A stretch of DNA of 64,000 bases, taken from NCBI GenBank assembly GCA_040755995.1, contig JBFMAF010000036.1:192001-256000 (forward strand), read 5' to 3'. Of this stretch, positions 56,701-64,000 are shown in pieces. Each line of letters begins with the position of its first letter. Positions within the stretch are counted from its first letter, which is position 1. The notes beneath the pieces were generated by a model that did not search any database, was not told where the DNA came from, and was given only the letters and a program-made list of their open reading frames with translations. Source of the stretch: Acidobacteriota bacterium (GTDB lineage: Bacteria; Acidobacteriota; CAIWXX01). The translations under genes were made by a program, and so were the position numbers.

Positions 56701-59111
56701 ACCTGCCGGACGGAGCGATCGAGTTCCTCGGGCGAATCGACCAGCAGGTGAAGGTGCGAGGGTTCCGGATCGAGCTTGGCGAGATCGAAATCGTTCTGGA
56801 ACGGCATGCCGGCGTGCGCCAGGCGGTCGTGGTGCTGCGCGAAGATGCCGATAGCCCGAAGCGCCTCGTGGGCTACATCGTCCCCGAGGATGAGACGCAT
56901 CTCGAAGTCGATGAGCTTCGAGGCTACCTGAAGGAGAAGCTCCCCGAATACATGGTCCCGGCGGCGCTGATCGTGCTGAAGTCGGTGCCGCTGACACCGA
57001 GCGGCAAGGTCGACAGGCGGCGGCTGCCGGCGCCGGACTGGATGGACGTGGAGCGCGGACGTGAGTATGTGGCGCCACGCACCCCCGTCGAGGAAGTGCT
57101 CGCCGGCACGTGGGCGAACGTCCTGGGCGCCGGGAAGGTCAGTGTCAACGACAACTTCTTCGACCTCGGAGGGCATTCACTGCTGGCGACTCAGATCATA
57201 TCCCGCGTTCGAACGACGTTCGGTGTCGAGATTCCGCTGCGCAGGATCTTCGAGAGTCCGACCGTGACAGGACTGGCGGAATCGATCGAAACCGAGATGC
57301 GATCCGGGAAGAGCCTCAGGACCCCGCCTCTCCGTCGAGCCCCCAGAGACGACGGGGCGACGCTGCCGCTCTCGTTCGCCCAACAGAGGCTCTGGTTCCT
57401 GAACCAGCTGGAGCCTGACTCGGCGAGCTACAACATTCCGACCCCGATGCGCCTGCGAGGCCCCTTGAACGTCAAGGCACTTAGCCGGGCGCTCGACGAA
57501 ATCGTTCGGCGGCACGAGTCGCTGAGGACGCACTTCGAAATCCGGGCCGGAGAGCCCGTGCAGATCGTCGACCCCCCTTCGGCCGTGCCGCTGCCCCTGC
57601 TGGATCTCAGCGATGTCGAAAAAGACGATCGGCACGCCGAGGCCGCGCGCGCGGCTCGAGACCACGCGCAACTTCCCTTCAAGCTCGCCAGCGGCCCTCT
57701 CTTCCGCGCAGCACTGCTCCGGCTTGCCGAAGATGACCACGTCCTCCTCCTGACAATGCACCACATCGTGTCAGACGCGTGGTCTCTCGGAGTGCTCACC
57801 CAGGAGATTGCGACGCTCTATGATGCGTACTCGGACGACCTTCCATCGCCTCTTCCGGATCTGCCTGTTCAATACGGGGACTACGCCGTGTGGCTTCGGG
57901 AATGGCTGAAGGGGGAGACGCTCGACGAGGAGATGTCTTACTGGAAGACGCAGCTCGGGGGCTCACTGCCGGTTCTCGATCTGCCCACCGATCACCCGCG
58001 CCCGAGGCTCCAGACCTTCCGCGGGCGAGTCCAGTCGCGCGTCCTCGCAGATGGCTTCGCCCAGCGGCTGGATGCCCTCTGCCGGCGCGAGGCAGTCACG
58101 CCGTTCATGTTCCTGCTGGCCGCATTCAAGACGCTCTTGCTCCGATACACGGGCACAGAAGACATCATCATCGGCTCGCCCATAGCCAACCGCAGCCGTG
58201 AAGAGATCGAAGGCTTGATCGGCTTCTTCGTCAACACCCTGGTTCTGCGGACTGATCTCTCAGGCGACCCGACCTTCGAAGAGCTTCTACGCCGAGTGCG
58301 CGATGCGACGCTGGGAGCCTACGCTCATCAGGATGTTCCGTTCGAAAAGCTCGTGGAGACACTGCAGCCGGAGAGAGATCCCGGCCGCAACCCGATCTTC
58401 CAGGTCATGTTCGCCCTGCAGAACGCTCCCGAGGGCAGGACGGCCATGAAGGGGATTTCGATCGAGCCCTTCGAGTGTGACTCCACGGTCGCTCACTTCG
58501 ATCTCAGCCTTGTCATCTCCCGAGTGGAGGGCGACTACGTCGCCTGGCTGGAATACAACACGGACCTGTTCGACGACGAGACGATGGCGCGAGTGCTGAG
58601 CCACTACGAGTGCCTGGTGAACAGTGTGACCCGTGATCCCGGCCAGCGCCTGTTCGACGTGGCACTGTGGCCCGGGCCGAAAGAGGAGGCGATAGCGGAG
58701 CTGGTGGCGACGATCGAGGAGTCGATCAGGAGGCAGCCTGGCGTGAAAGAGTGCATCGTGTTGCATAGAGAGTCCCCGCGGGTGGCCCCACGTTTCGCCG
58801 CCTTCGTCGCGTGCGAGGGAACGTGCCGTTCCACGCAGACGGGCTTCGACGGCCTGTCGATCACCATGATGGACCGGCTGCCTCGATCGGAAGACGGCCG
58901 AGTCGATCGACCCCGGCTGCTACGAATGGCGGATTCAGGTAAGACTGTCCCGCCATCGATGTCACGTGGCGGGAGCGAGGCCGACGGCTGGCAGCAGCAA
59001 GCGCCGGGTGAGGACGTGCGAAATCGGAAGAAGGAGCTGGCGGCGAGGCGCGCCAGGCTGTCGGCGGCGAAGGGCGCGATGTTGGAGAAGCGATTGCGAG
59101 GTGAGGTGTGA
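50739..59111 (+). CDS. NRPS: TubC-N-type docking domain-C-A(Val/Ile)-PCP-C-A(Pro-like)-PCP-C-truncated A subdomain
   Basis: GTG start overlaps the upstream TGA, with RBS GAGGAGG. N-terminus is VRLWVDGEQLRFSAPKNALSPEL. Codes are DAFFMGGTFK and DVQFIAQVVK. The terminal C (HHIVSDAW) is not followed by a full A domain or a PCP. Confidence 0.93.
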   Translation: MTVLDLVSRLRDQDVRLWVDGEQLRFSAPKNALSPELRAELVEHKSEVLQLLREAEDRERESSSPLTRTSRDRRIPLSHAQQRLWFLEQLAPGTSTYNMPCSVWIQGELNQRTLEQALNEIVRRHEALRTVFPESEGAPHQQVLDFVPASLAVRDLGELPEAEREREAKRLASEEADRPFDLVRGPLLRFFLIRLRSTDHILVMLMHHIVSDGWSIGVILRELATIYEAILAGGPSPLPELAVQYADYACWQRRWLQDDVLRSQLAYWRRQLEGPLPVLTLPIDHPRPAVQTHRGAVRSMAIPRELSEALKALCSSEGVTLNMLLLAAFKVLLHRYTAQEDLVVGSPVAGRDRREIEELVGFFVKMLVLRTDLSGNPPFKVLLQRVKDVTLGALAHQDVPFEMLVDALQPERQQSYSPLFQVAFAYQASLFSSSQARGGLIFTPAAIERRTAKFDLMLVMSESNTSLEAEIEYNTDLFDEATIDRMLGHFETVLGAIASDPDCRISDVPILKAEERHRLVVEWNQTGTPYPRGACIQELFEAQVERTPESVAVRYEDAHLTYRELNRRANQVAHRLRKLGVRTDSPVGLYMDRSPEMIVAILGILKAGGAYVPLDPTYPPERLGFMIRDAAAPVLIVQKRLLGRLPPNDACVLCIDSQWESIGSESTTNPGCAASPDSLAYVIYTSGSTGVPKGVAVPHRAVIRLVCDTDFVQLGPSDRVAQVSNSSFDAATFEIWGALLNGGQLIGITKDLAISPQDFARSLIDERISAIFLTVALFNLVAREAPHAFGAVRHFMFGGEAADPAWVREVLRKQPPERLINGYGPTENTTFTACHVVTDLPDTATSVPIGRPIANTTIYILDRRLNPVPVGAPGELYTGGDGLARCYLSRPELTAERFIPDPFCLDPGRRLYRTGDLARHRPDGVIEFLGRVDHQVKIRGFRIELGEIEACLAEHPDVQDCVVLAREDDPGEKRLVAYLVPREGHRRPSGDVRAWLRAKLPEYMVPAAFVMLDSLPLTPNGKVDRDALPAPEGDAADAGRAFAGPRTPVEEVVAGIWADVLKLDRIGIHDSFFDLGGHSLLATQVISRVRQALRVDLPLRRLFDTPTVSGLADALERALRSGDESEAPPIVPASREADLPLSFAQQRLWFLDQWESESPFYSIPLALRLTGALDIDVMVRCLNEIVGRHESLRTTFRVVGDVPRQVIAPPTPIPLPLVDLRHLPPPRREAEMLRLASAESHKAFDLGRGPLIRSRLLRLRDEEHVLLLTIHHIVADGWSLGVLFRELDALYDAFRRGDPSPLPPLAIQYADFANWQREWLSGDVLERHIAYWREKLGEDVPSLALPTDRPRPPVQSFRGANCSFALQEDLCRALRTLCQREGVTLFMALLGAFQTLLHRYSGQDVIVVGSPISNRTRVETEPLIGFFANTLALRTDMDRDPSFRELLGRVREIALGAYAHQDLPFEKLVEELHPDRDMSHTPLFQVMFVLQNATQVPRELSGLALELLDVDTGTAKFDLTLSMAENERVIDANFEYNTDLFEHATIERMADNFRVLLSGIVADPSAAISELPLLTEAERHRILSAWNDSRSEYPGEQCIHEFFEAQAERTPEASAVVFQGRELTYRELNARANQLAHHLRRNGVGPDVLVGICIDRSLEMAIGLLGVLKAGGAYVPLDPAYPKERLAFMLADARVSVLLTRESLRGELPASGARIICLDNGWEAVAAESPANLESGATADNLSYVIYTSGSTGQPKGVVLTHRTLTNLVTWQLQDFFAAPNARTLQFAPPSFDVSCQEIFSTWSAGGTLVLIPEETRRDGWALLRFLNSERIERLFVPFVALQQVAEMVGAGGPLPAHLGEVITAGEQLLTTTAITKLFGRLSDCALANQYGPSEAHVVTAYALSGAPSGWPKLPPIGRPIANTGIYILDRRLQPVPIGVAGELYIGGDGLARGYLNRPEATAERFIPHPFSAEPGARLYRTGDLARHLPDGAIEFLGRIDQQVKVRGFRIELGEIEIVLERHAGVRQAVVVLREDADSPKRLVGYIVPEDETHLEVDELRGYLKEKLPEYMVPAALIVLKSVPLTPSGKVDRRRLPAPDWMDVERGREYVAPRTPVEEVLAGTWANVLGAGKVSVNDNFFDLGGHSLLATQIISRVRTTFGVEIPLRRIFESPTVTGLAESIETEMRSGKSLRTPPLRRAPRDDGATLPLSFAQQRLWFLNQLEPDSASYNIPTPMRLRGPLNVKALSRALDEIVRRHESLRTHFEIRAGEPVQIVDPPSAVPLPLLDLSDVEKDDRHAEAARAARDHAQLPFKLASGPLFRAALLRLAEDDHVLLLTMHHIVSDAWSLGVLTQEIATLYDAYSDDLPSPLPDLPVQYGDYAVWLREWLKGETLDEEMSYWKTQLGGSLPVLDLPTDHPRPRLQTFRGRVQSRVLADGFAQRLDALCRREAVTPFMFLLAAFKTLLLRYTGTEDIIIGSPIANRSREEIEGLIGFFVNTLVLRTDLSGDPTFEELLRRVRDATLGAYAHQDVPFEKLVETLQPERDPGRNPIFQVMFALQNAPEGRTAMKGISIEPFECDSTVAHFDLSLVISRVEGDYVAWLEYNTDLFDDETMARVLSHYECLVNSVTRDPGQRLFDVALWPGPKEEAIAELVATIEESIRRQPGVKECIVLHRESPRVAPRFAAFVACEGTCRSTQTGFDGLSITMMDRLPRSEDGRVDRPRLLRMADSGKTVPPSMSRGGSEADGWQQQAPGEDVRNRKKELAARRARLSAAKGAMLEKRLRGEV

Positions 59112-60157
59112 GCAAGCTGGATCCGGCAACCCGGCAGGCAGGCCTCCTGGCCCGGCGCGCCAGGTTGTCGCCCGACAAGCACCACCTCTTGCAGAGACGT
59201 CTCCGTGGTGAGCTGCCGCCGGCTCCGAGTGCGTCGCCGGCACCGCGGTCCTGTCTCGTCGACATCCAACCGAAGGGCGCGAAGCCGCCCTTCTTCTGCG
59301 TCCATCCGCTCGGCGGCGACGTGCTCTGCTTCTTTCCGTTGGCCCGCTGCATGGGCTCGGACCAGCCGTTCTATGGCTTTCAGTCCCATGGACTTCAGCA
59401 GGACCTTGATCCGCTGAAACGCATAGAAGAGATGGCTGCGCTCTATGTGGGCGAGATGAGGAAAGTTCAGCCAGATGGTCCCCATCTCATTGGCGGCTGG
59501 TCGTTTGGAGGGCTCGTTGCCTTCGAGATGGCGCAGCAGCTCCACGCGCAAGGCAGTCCAGCGTCCCTGCTCGCGATTCTCGACACGACGCCGGGAATGG
59601 AGCCTCAGCAGGCTGTCGAGATTAGGAGCGCGGATATCTACCGCGACAACCGGAGCTGGCTGCTGTCGATTGCACAATATGTCGAGGGGCTCTGGGGGCG
59701 CAGACTGGAGCTCTCGGCTAGCGCCCTCGAACGAATGGCTCCGGATGAGCAGTTGAGCTACTTCGTGGAACGTGTGAAAGGCGCCCGCCTTATGTCTTCC
59801 AACGTGACGCTTGATCAGCTTCGCCGCCTTCTCAACGTCTTCAAGTCCAACAGTCGCGCGTGGTGCGCGTATGTTCCTCGCCTCTACCCCGGCCGGATCA
59901 CCGTCATAAGGTCCGCACTCGGCGTCGTCCCGTTCGGCGACTCAGCCCAATCGGCGGATGTCGCTCGTGGCGCGTTTTCGGACGATCCCGCGCTGGGATG
60001 GGGGCAGTTCTCGTCGGTGCCCGTCGAGGTGCGGACTGTCCCGGGCAGCCACATAACCATGCTGGCCGAACCAAACGTCAACGTCCTGGCAACTCAGCTG
60101 CAGGCCTGTCTCGAAACGAGGCAGTCCGTCGCCTGCTGCAATTCGGAGGTATCGTGA
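59108..60157 (+). CDS. Standalone type I-like thioesterase
   Basis: PFFCVHPLGG, GWSFGG (nucleophile Ser), LAILD, PGSHITML. GTGA overlaps at both ends. Confidence 0.92.
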   Translation: MSKLDPATRQAGLLARRARLSPDKHHLLQRRLRGELPPAPSASPAPRSCLVDIQPKGAKPPFFCVHPLGGDVLCFFPLARCMGSDQPFYGFQSHGLQQDLDPLKRIEEMAALYVGEMRKVQPDGPHLIGGWSFGGLVAFEMAQQLHAQGSPASLLAILDTTPGMEPQQAVEIRSADIYRDNRSWLLSIAQYVEGLWGRRLELSASALERMAPDEQLSYFVERVKGARLMSSNVTLDQLRRLLNVFKSNSRAWCAYVPRLYPGRITVIRSALGVVPFGDSAQSADVARGAFSDDPALGWGQFSSVPVEVRTVPGSHITMLAEPNVNVLATQLQACLETRQSVACCNSEVS

Positions 60158-62541
60158 AGCGCTTATTCAGAATCGTTCGAGGGTTGTTCTATGCCGCGAT
60201 CATTGTGGTGGTTCTCGTGGTCGGAATCGGAGCATGGCTGGTACTTCGAGCCTGGCCTCAGACCAGCGGCACAATCGCGCTGGCGGGATTGGATCAGCCC
60301 GTCCGTGTCGTGCGGGACAAGTTCGGAATCCCCAACATTTACGCCAAGACCGAACATGATCTGTTCTTCGCTCAGGGCTACGTCCATGCGCAGGACCGGC
60401 TCTGGCAGATGCACTTCAACCGCATCATCTGCCGCGGCGGTCTGAGCGCCGTTCTCGGAGAATCGATGATCGAGAGCGACAGGTACATGAGGACCATAGG
60501 CCTGTGCAGAGCGGCCGAGAAAGACTGGGCGCTGCTCGGCCCGGAGCCACGCGCATGCCTGGAAGCTTATTCGGCGGGAGTCAATGCGTTTGTGGATACG
60601 CATCGTCACAGTCTCCCGGCCGAGTTCGCCATCTTGCGCATGAGCCCCGAGGCCTGGACGCCGATCGATTCGATCGCCTGGAGCAAGATGATGGCCCTCA
60701 GCATGAGCCAGAATCACTCGGTCGAGCTCAAGCGAGCGGAGATGATCGCCAGGCTCGGCTCTCAGATGGCGCAGGATCTCATGCCTCCGTACCCTGATGA
60801 TGCCGCCGTGATCATCCCGCCCGAGGCGCGGTCGTACGCTGGCATGCAGGCATCCCTGCCGGCGCGCCCGGAGGGAGTCACCGAGCTGCTTGGGGAGCTC
60901 GGTCGAACAGGCGGCAGCAATAGCTGGGTCGTCGCCGGCAGCAAGACGGAAACGGGCAAGCCCATCCTGTCAAACGACACGCACCTGAGTCTGGGCATGC
61001 CTTCGATATGGTACGAGAATGGGTTGCACGGCGCCGGCTTCGACTGCGCCGGCTACTCGCTCCCCGGCTCGCCCCTCGTCATCATCGGCCACAACGACCG
61101 GATCGCCTGGGGCATCAGCAACATGTGCTCGGACGTCCAGGACCTGTTCATCGAGAAGCTGGATGACAACGACAACCCGACTCAGTACCAGGCCGGGGAT
61201 CGCTGGGAGAAACTGGAGGTTGTGGAGGAGAGAATCCGGGTCGAAGGGAAGCCCGACGAGATCTACAAGGTGCTGGTCACGAGGCACGGCCCCCTGATCA
61301 ACAGCGTCTACGACCTGGATGATTCGACTCCGATGGCTTTCCGCTGGACGGCCCTCGACGGCGGCCGTCTCATCGAGGCCGTGCGCGATCTGGATCGGGC
61401 CAAAGACTGGGCGCAGTTCCGCCAGGCCCTCGCGAATTGGGACGCGCCAAGCATGAACTTCGTCTACGCGGACATCGACGGAAACATCGGATATCAGGCG
61501 ACCGGCAAGATCCCGGTGCGCCCCGACGGGGATCAGGGGCTGGTCCCCATGCCCGGTGACTCCGGCGAGTTCGAATGGCAGGGGTTCATACCGTTCGAGG
61601 AGCTGCCGAGTGTCTTCAATCCTGCCACGGGTTTCATCGTGGCGGCGAACAACAAGGTCGTTCCTGACTCGTACCCGTATCACGTCGCCTACGACTACGG
61701 CGATCCGTACAGAGCCACGAGACTCGCGCAGCTCCTCTCATCGGGGGAGAAGCTGAGCTTCAAGGCGGCTGAGGAGATCCAGGGGGAGGTCTATTCGCTG
61801 CCGGCGGAGGCCCTCAGACCCTATCTCTTGGCGGTGAAACCGCAGAACGAATTGCAGAGAAAGGCGCTGGAGCGGGTTCGAGAGTGGGATCTCCGCTTCA
61901 CCGAGGACAGCGTTGGTGCCTCGATCTACTACCTCTGGTACTGGTCCCTCAGCCCGAATATCGTCGGCAACAAGATGACCGACGATCTGAAGGACTTCCG
62001 CGGAGCGACGCCGATGATCGTCGAGCTGATGTCGCAGCCCGACAGCCGCTGGTTCGACGACAAACAGACGGCCAAGATCGAACGTCGGGATGATGTCGTG
62101 CAGAAGAGCTTTGTGGAGGCGATCGATTGGCTGACCGCGCACCACGGACAGGACATGGACCAGTGGACGTGGGGGCGGATGCATACGATGACATTCGTCC
62201 ACAATACCATCAGACCGATGGGGATAGGGGCGATCGACCACATCTTCAACAGCAAGACGATCCCCCTCTCGGGCGAGGCATTCACCGTGAATTCGTCCGG
62301 TTCGAGCAAGAAGAGACTCTTCGCGGTAGTGTTCGGAGTCTCTCAACGGATGCTGGTTGACCTGAGCGACCTCGAACGGAGCGAGTCCGTCAACAGCACG
62401 GGGCAGTCGGGACTGCCGTTCCACCACAACCGCGACGACCAGATACAACTCTGGCGCGAGGCCAAGTACCATCCAATGCCCTTCCGTGAGGACGCAGTCG
62501 AGGCGCAGGCCGAGTCGACGCTGGTTCTGACGCCCCGATAG
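60154..62541 (+). CDS. Penicillin acylase family (Ntn hydrolase), membrane anchored
   Basis: RBS GGAGGT plus GTG 60154 and an N-terminal TM helix. Motifs RDKFGIPNIYA, FFAQGYVHAQDRLWQM, GSNSWVV (beta-chain Ser), NDTHL, NFVYADIDGNIGY and GQSG. Confidence 0.93.
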   Translation: MKRLFRIVRGLFYAAIIVVVLVVGIGAWLVLRAWPQTSGTIALAGLDQPVRVVRDKFGIPNIYAKTEHDLFFAQGYVHAQDRLWQMHFNRIICRGGLSAVLGESMIESDRYMRTIGLCRAAEKDWALLGPEPRACLEAYSAGVNAFVDTHRHSLPAEFAILRMSPEAWTPIDSIAWSKMMALSMSQNHSVELKRAEMIARLGSQMAQDLMPPYPDDAAVIIPPEARSYAGMQASLPARPEGVTELLGELGRTGGSNSWVVAGSKTETGKPILSNDTHLSLGMPSIWYENGLHGAGFDCAGYSLPGSPLVIIGHNDRIAWGISNMCSDVQDLFIEKLDDNDNPTQYQAGDRWEKLEVVEERIRVEGKPDEIYKVLVTRHGPLINSVYDLDDSTPMAFRWTALDGGRLIEAVRDLDRAKDWAQFRQALANWDAPSMNFVYADIDGNIGYQATGKIPVRPDGDQGLVPMPGDSGEFEWQGFIPFEELPSVFNPATGFIVAANNKVVPDSYPYHVAYDYGDPYRATRLAQLLSSGEKLSFKAAEEIQGEVYSLPAEALRPYLLAVKPQNELQRKALERVREWDLRFTEDSVGASIYYLWYWSLSPNIVGNKMTDDLKDFRGATPMIVELMSQPDSRWFDDKQTAKIERRDDVVQKSFVEAIDWLTAHHGQDMDQWTWGRMHTMTFVHNTIRPMGIGAIDHIFNSKTIPLSGEAFTVNSSGSSKKRLFAVVFGVSQRMLVDLSDLERSESVNSTGQSGLPFHHNRDDQIQLWREAKYHPMPFREDAVEAQAESTLVLTPR

Positions 62542-62628
62542 GAGCCGATAGGCGTCAAGCAAGCAGCGCCATTGAGGGCCGTGCACGGGCCGGGCCGGTG
62601 TTCAAAACACAACCAAGAGGAGAATGAC

Positions 62629-62859
62629 ATGAGCAGAGAAGAACGAGAAGACACCACAACGTACAAAGTCGTGGTGAACCACGAAGAGCAGTATTCGATC
62701 TGGCCTGCCGACAGGGCGAACCCAGCCGGCTGGCGCGATGCCGGCAAGAACGGATCCAAAGCGGAATGCCTGGACTTCATCAAGAGCGTGTGGACCGACA
62801 TGCGCCCGCTGAGCCTGAGGAAGAAGATGGAGGAGGCGGCGGCGCAGGGCACGAGGTAG
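62629..62859 (+). CDS. mbtH: MbtH-like protein
   Basis: [15 protein letters not shown]...PAGW...[27 protein letters not shown] before ATG 62629. Confidence 0.97.
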   Translation: MSREEREDTTTYKVVVNHEEQYSIWPADRANPAGWRDAGKNGSKAECLDFIKSVWTDMRPLSLRKKMEEAAAQGTR

Positions 62860-62926
62860 CAGGGCGGGACCTCAGACCGATGAAGCGTGGCCCGCTCCGC
62901 CCTGCCCAGGCCGAATGCCAGTACCA

Positions 62927-62954
62927 GTGCCCGTACGCCATCGGGTACGGGCAC
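62927..62954. other. GC-rich inverted repeat (10-bp stem, 8-nt loop) between mbtH and the MFS gene
   Basis: GTGCCCGTAC-gccatcgg-GTACGGGCAC with no U-tract. A second 9-bp stem pairs 62859-62867 with 62897-62905. Confidence 0.55.
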
Positions 62955-63041
62955 GGATCGGATTCACGCCAATGACGCGCTACACCACAAACGTGACACG
63001 ATCGCCACACGAGACCGGGCGAAGAGTGGAGGAACACATCC

Positions 63042-64000
63042 GTGCCGCAGCAGACTGACGTCACACCGGAGTCCAGACGGGTTCCCGGATTGTGGAATCC
63101 AAACTTCCTGCTGCTCTGGCAGGGGCAGCTTATCAGTCAGGTCGGGAACCAGGTCTTCAGCGTGGCGACGATCTTCTGGATCAAGCACGAGACCGGCTCC
63201 GCCGCTCTCCTCGGCCTCCTGATGATGCTCTCGTCGCTCCCGGGAGTCATCCTCGGACCTGTCGGAGGCACCTTCGCCGATCGCCACTCACGCCGCGCCA
63301 TCATCATCGTCTGCGACGTCCTGGACGGCATCGCCGTGCTGCTCTTCGCCGCGCTGATAGCCCTGGCGTCGGACGCGAAGTCCTGGATTCTGGTCCTGCT
63401 GTTCATCGTCTCGATCTTCATCGGCATCGTCGGCGCCTTCTTCCGGCCGGCAATCTCGGCGGCTATCCCTGACATCCTGCCGCAGGAGAAGCTGGCGACC
63501 GGGAATGCTTTGAGCCAGTTCTCCTTTCATCTTTCCGTGTTCGTCGGCGTCGGGCTGGGAGGCCTTCTCCTGAGAGTCCTGGGCGTGACGACCCTCATCC
63601 TGGTGAACGGGGTGAGCTACCTGTTTGCGGCTGCGAGCGAGTTCTTCATGACGATACCCCAGAAGCTGCCCGAGAAGAGCGCGACGTGGAGAGACAAGCT
63701 TCTGGACGTGAAGCGCGACACGGTCGACGGCTTCCGCTACGTCTGGGCCAATCCCGGAATGAGAATCCTCTTCTTCGCCTTCGCCTTTCTCAACTTCTTT
63801 CTGATGCCGATCATCATGCTGTTCCCGTTCTATGTCGAGGATTTCCTCAAGGCGACGACCGATTGGTACGGCTATCTGATGGCGACATTCAGCGTCGGAA
63901 TGGTCATCGGCGGTCTGCTGACCGGCCGCATGAAGCTGTCGGGGAGCGCCCGCACAGGAGCGCTGATCGGCTGCATGTTCGCCTACACGGCCGGTTCCGG
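63042..64000 (+). CDS. MFS transporter (DHA3/MefA-like exporter); 3' end runs off the window
   Basis: RBS GGAGGA plus GTG 63042. Manual translation gives LWNPNFLLLWQGQLISQVGNQVF...LGPVGGTFADRHSRRAIIIVCD (MFS motif A)...GAFFRPAISAAIPDILP. Confidence 0.92.
   Translation, partial: MPQQTDVTPESRRVPGLWNPNFLLLWQGQLISQVGNQVFSVATIFWIKHETGSAALLGLLMMLSSLPGVILGPVGGTFADRHSRRAIIIVCDVLDGIAVLLFAALIALASDAKSWILVLLFIVSIFIGIVGAFFRPAISAAIPDILPQEKLATGNALSQFSFHLSVFVGVGLGGLLLRVLGVTTLILVNGVSYLFAAASEFFMTIPQKLPEKSATWRDKLLDVKRDTVDGFRYVWANPGMRILFFAFAFLNFFLMPIIMLFPFYVEDFLKATTDWYGYLMATFSVGMVIGGLLTGRMKLSGSARTGALIGCMFAYTAGS

Larger units (their letters stand above)
7481..64000 (+). other. Hybrid lipo-initiated NRPS/type I PKS biosynthetic gene cluster (continues past the right edge)
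   Basis: Eleven co-oriented genes, many joined by ATGA/GTGA overlaps. Contains a FAAL, 11 A-domain modules, 3 PKS modules, TE, acylase, MbtH and MFS. No E, Cy or MT domains recognised. Confidence 0.95.

Noticed and set aside
7481..59111. Assignment to a known compound (pyoverdine, colibactin, microcystin)
   Set aside because: Only partial analogies. Module content and accessory genes do not match any cluster I can recognise.

Overview
GC-rich bacterial DNA, probably from a diderm; the gene content resembles Acidobacteriota or myxobacteria, but this is unverified. The left part (1-7218) is a signalling island. It holds a PAS-histidine kinase-receiver hybrid truncated by the window edge, a small secreted Cys-rich peptide, and a secreted PPC-TPR-CHAT (caspase-like) protease. 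It also holds an ECF sigma factor, a 50-aa coupled ORF and a zf-HC2/TM/TPR anti-sigma factor. One promoter-like motif (A/T tract-GGCGAG-N11-TCGCGAAACT-TA-rich-G run) occurs twice back-to-back between the kinase and peptide genes, and a third time inside the sigma factor's own coding sequence. The right part (7481-64000, open at the right edge) is a co-oriented hybrid FAAL/NRPS/PKS cluster. It has six megasynthase genes, a DUF5916-like outer-membrane protein, a standalone thioesterase, a penicillin-acylase-family Ntn hydrolase, MbtH and an MFS transporter. Unusual features include an A domain lacking the conserved Asp next to a Cys-to-Ser ketosynthase, and a second initiation module. A terminal C domain carries a docking motif at its C-terminus, which suggests convergent, branched assembly. 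All domain and substrate calls were made by eye from motifs.
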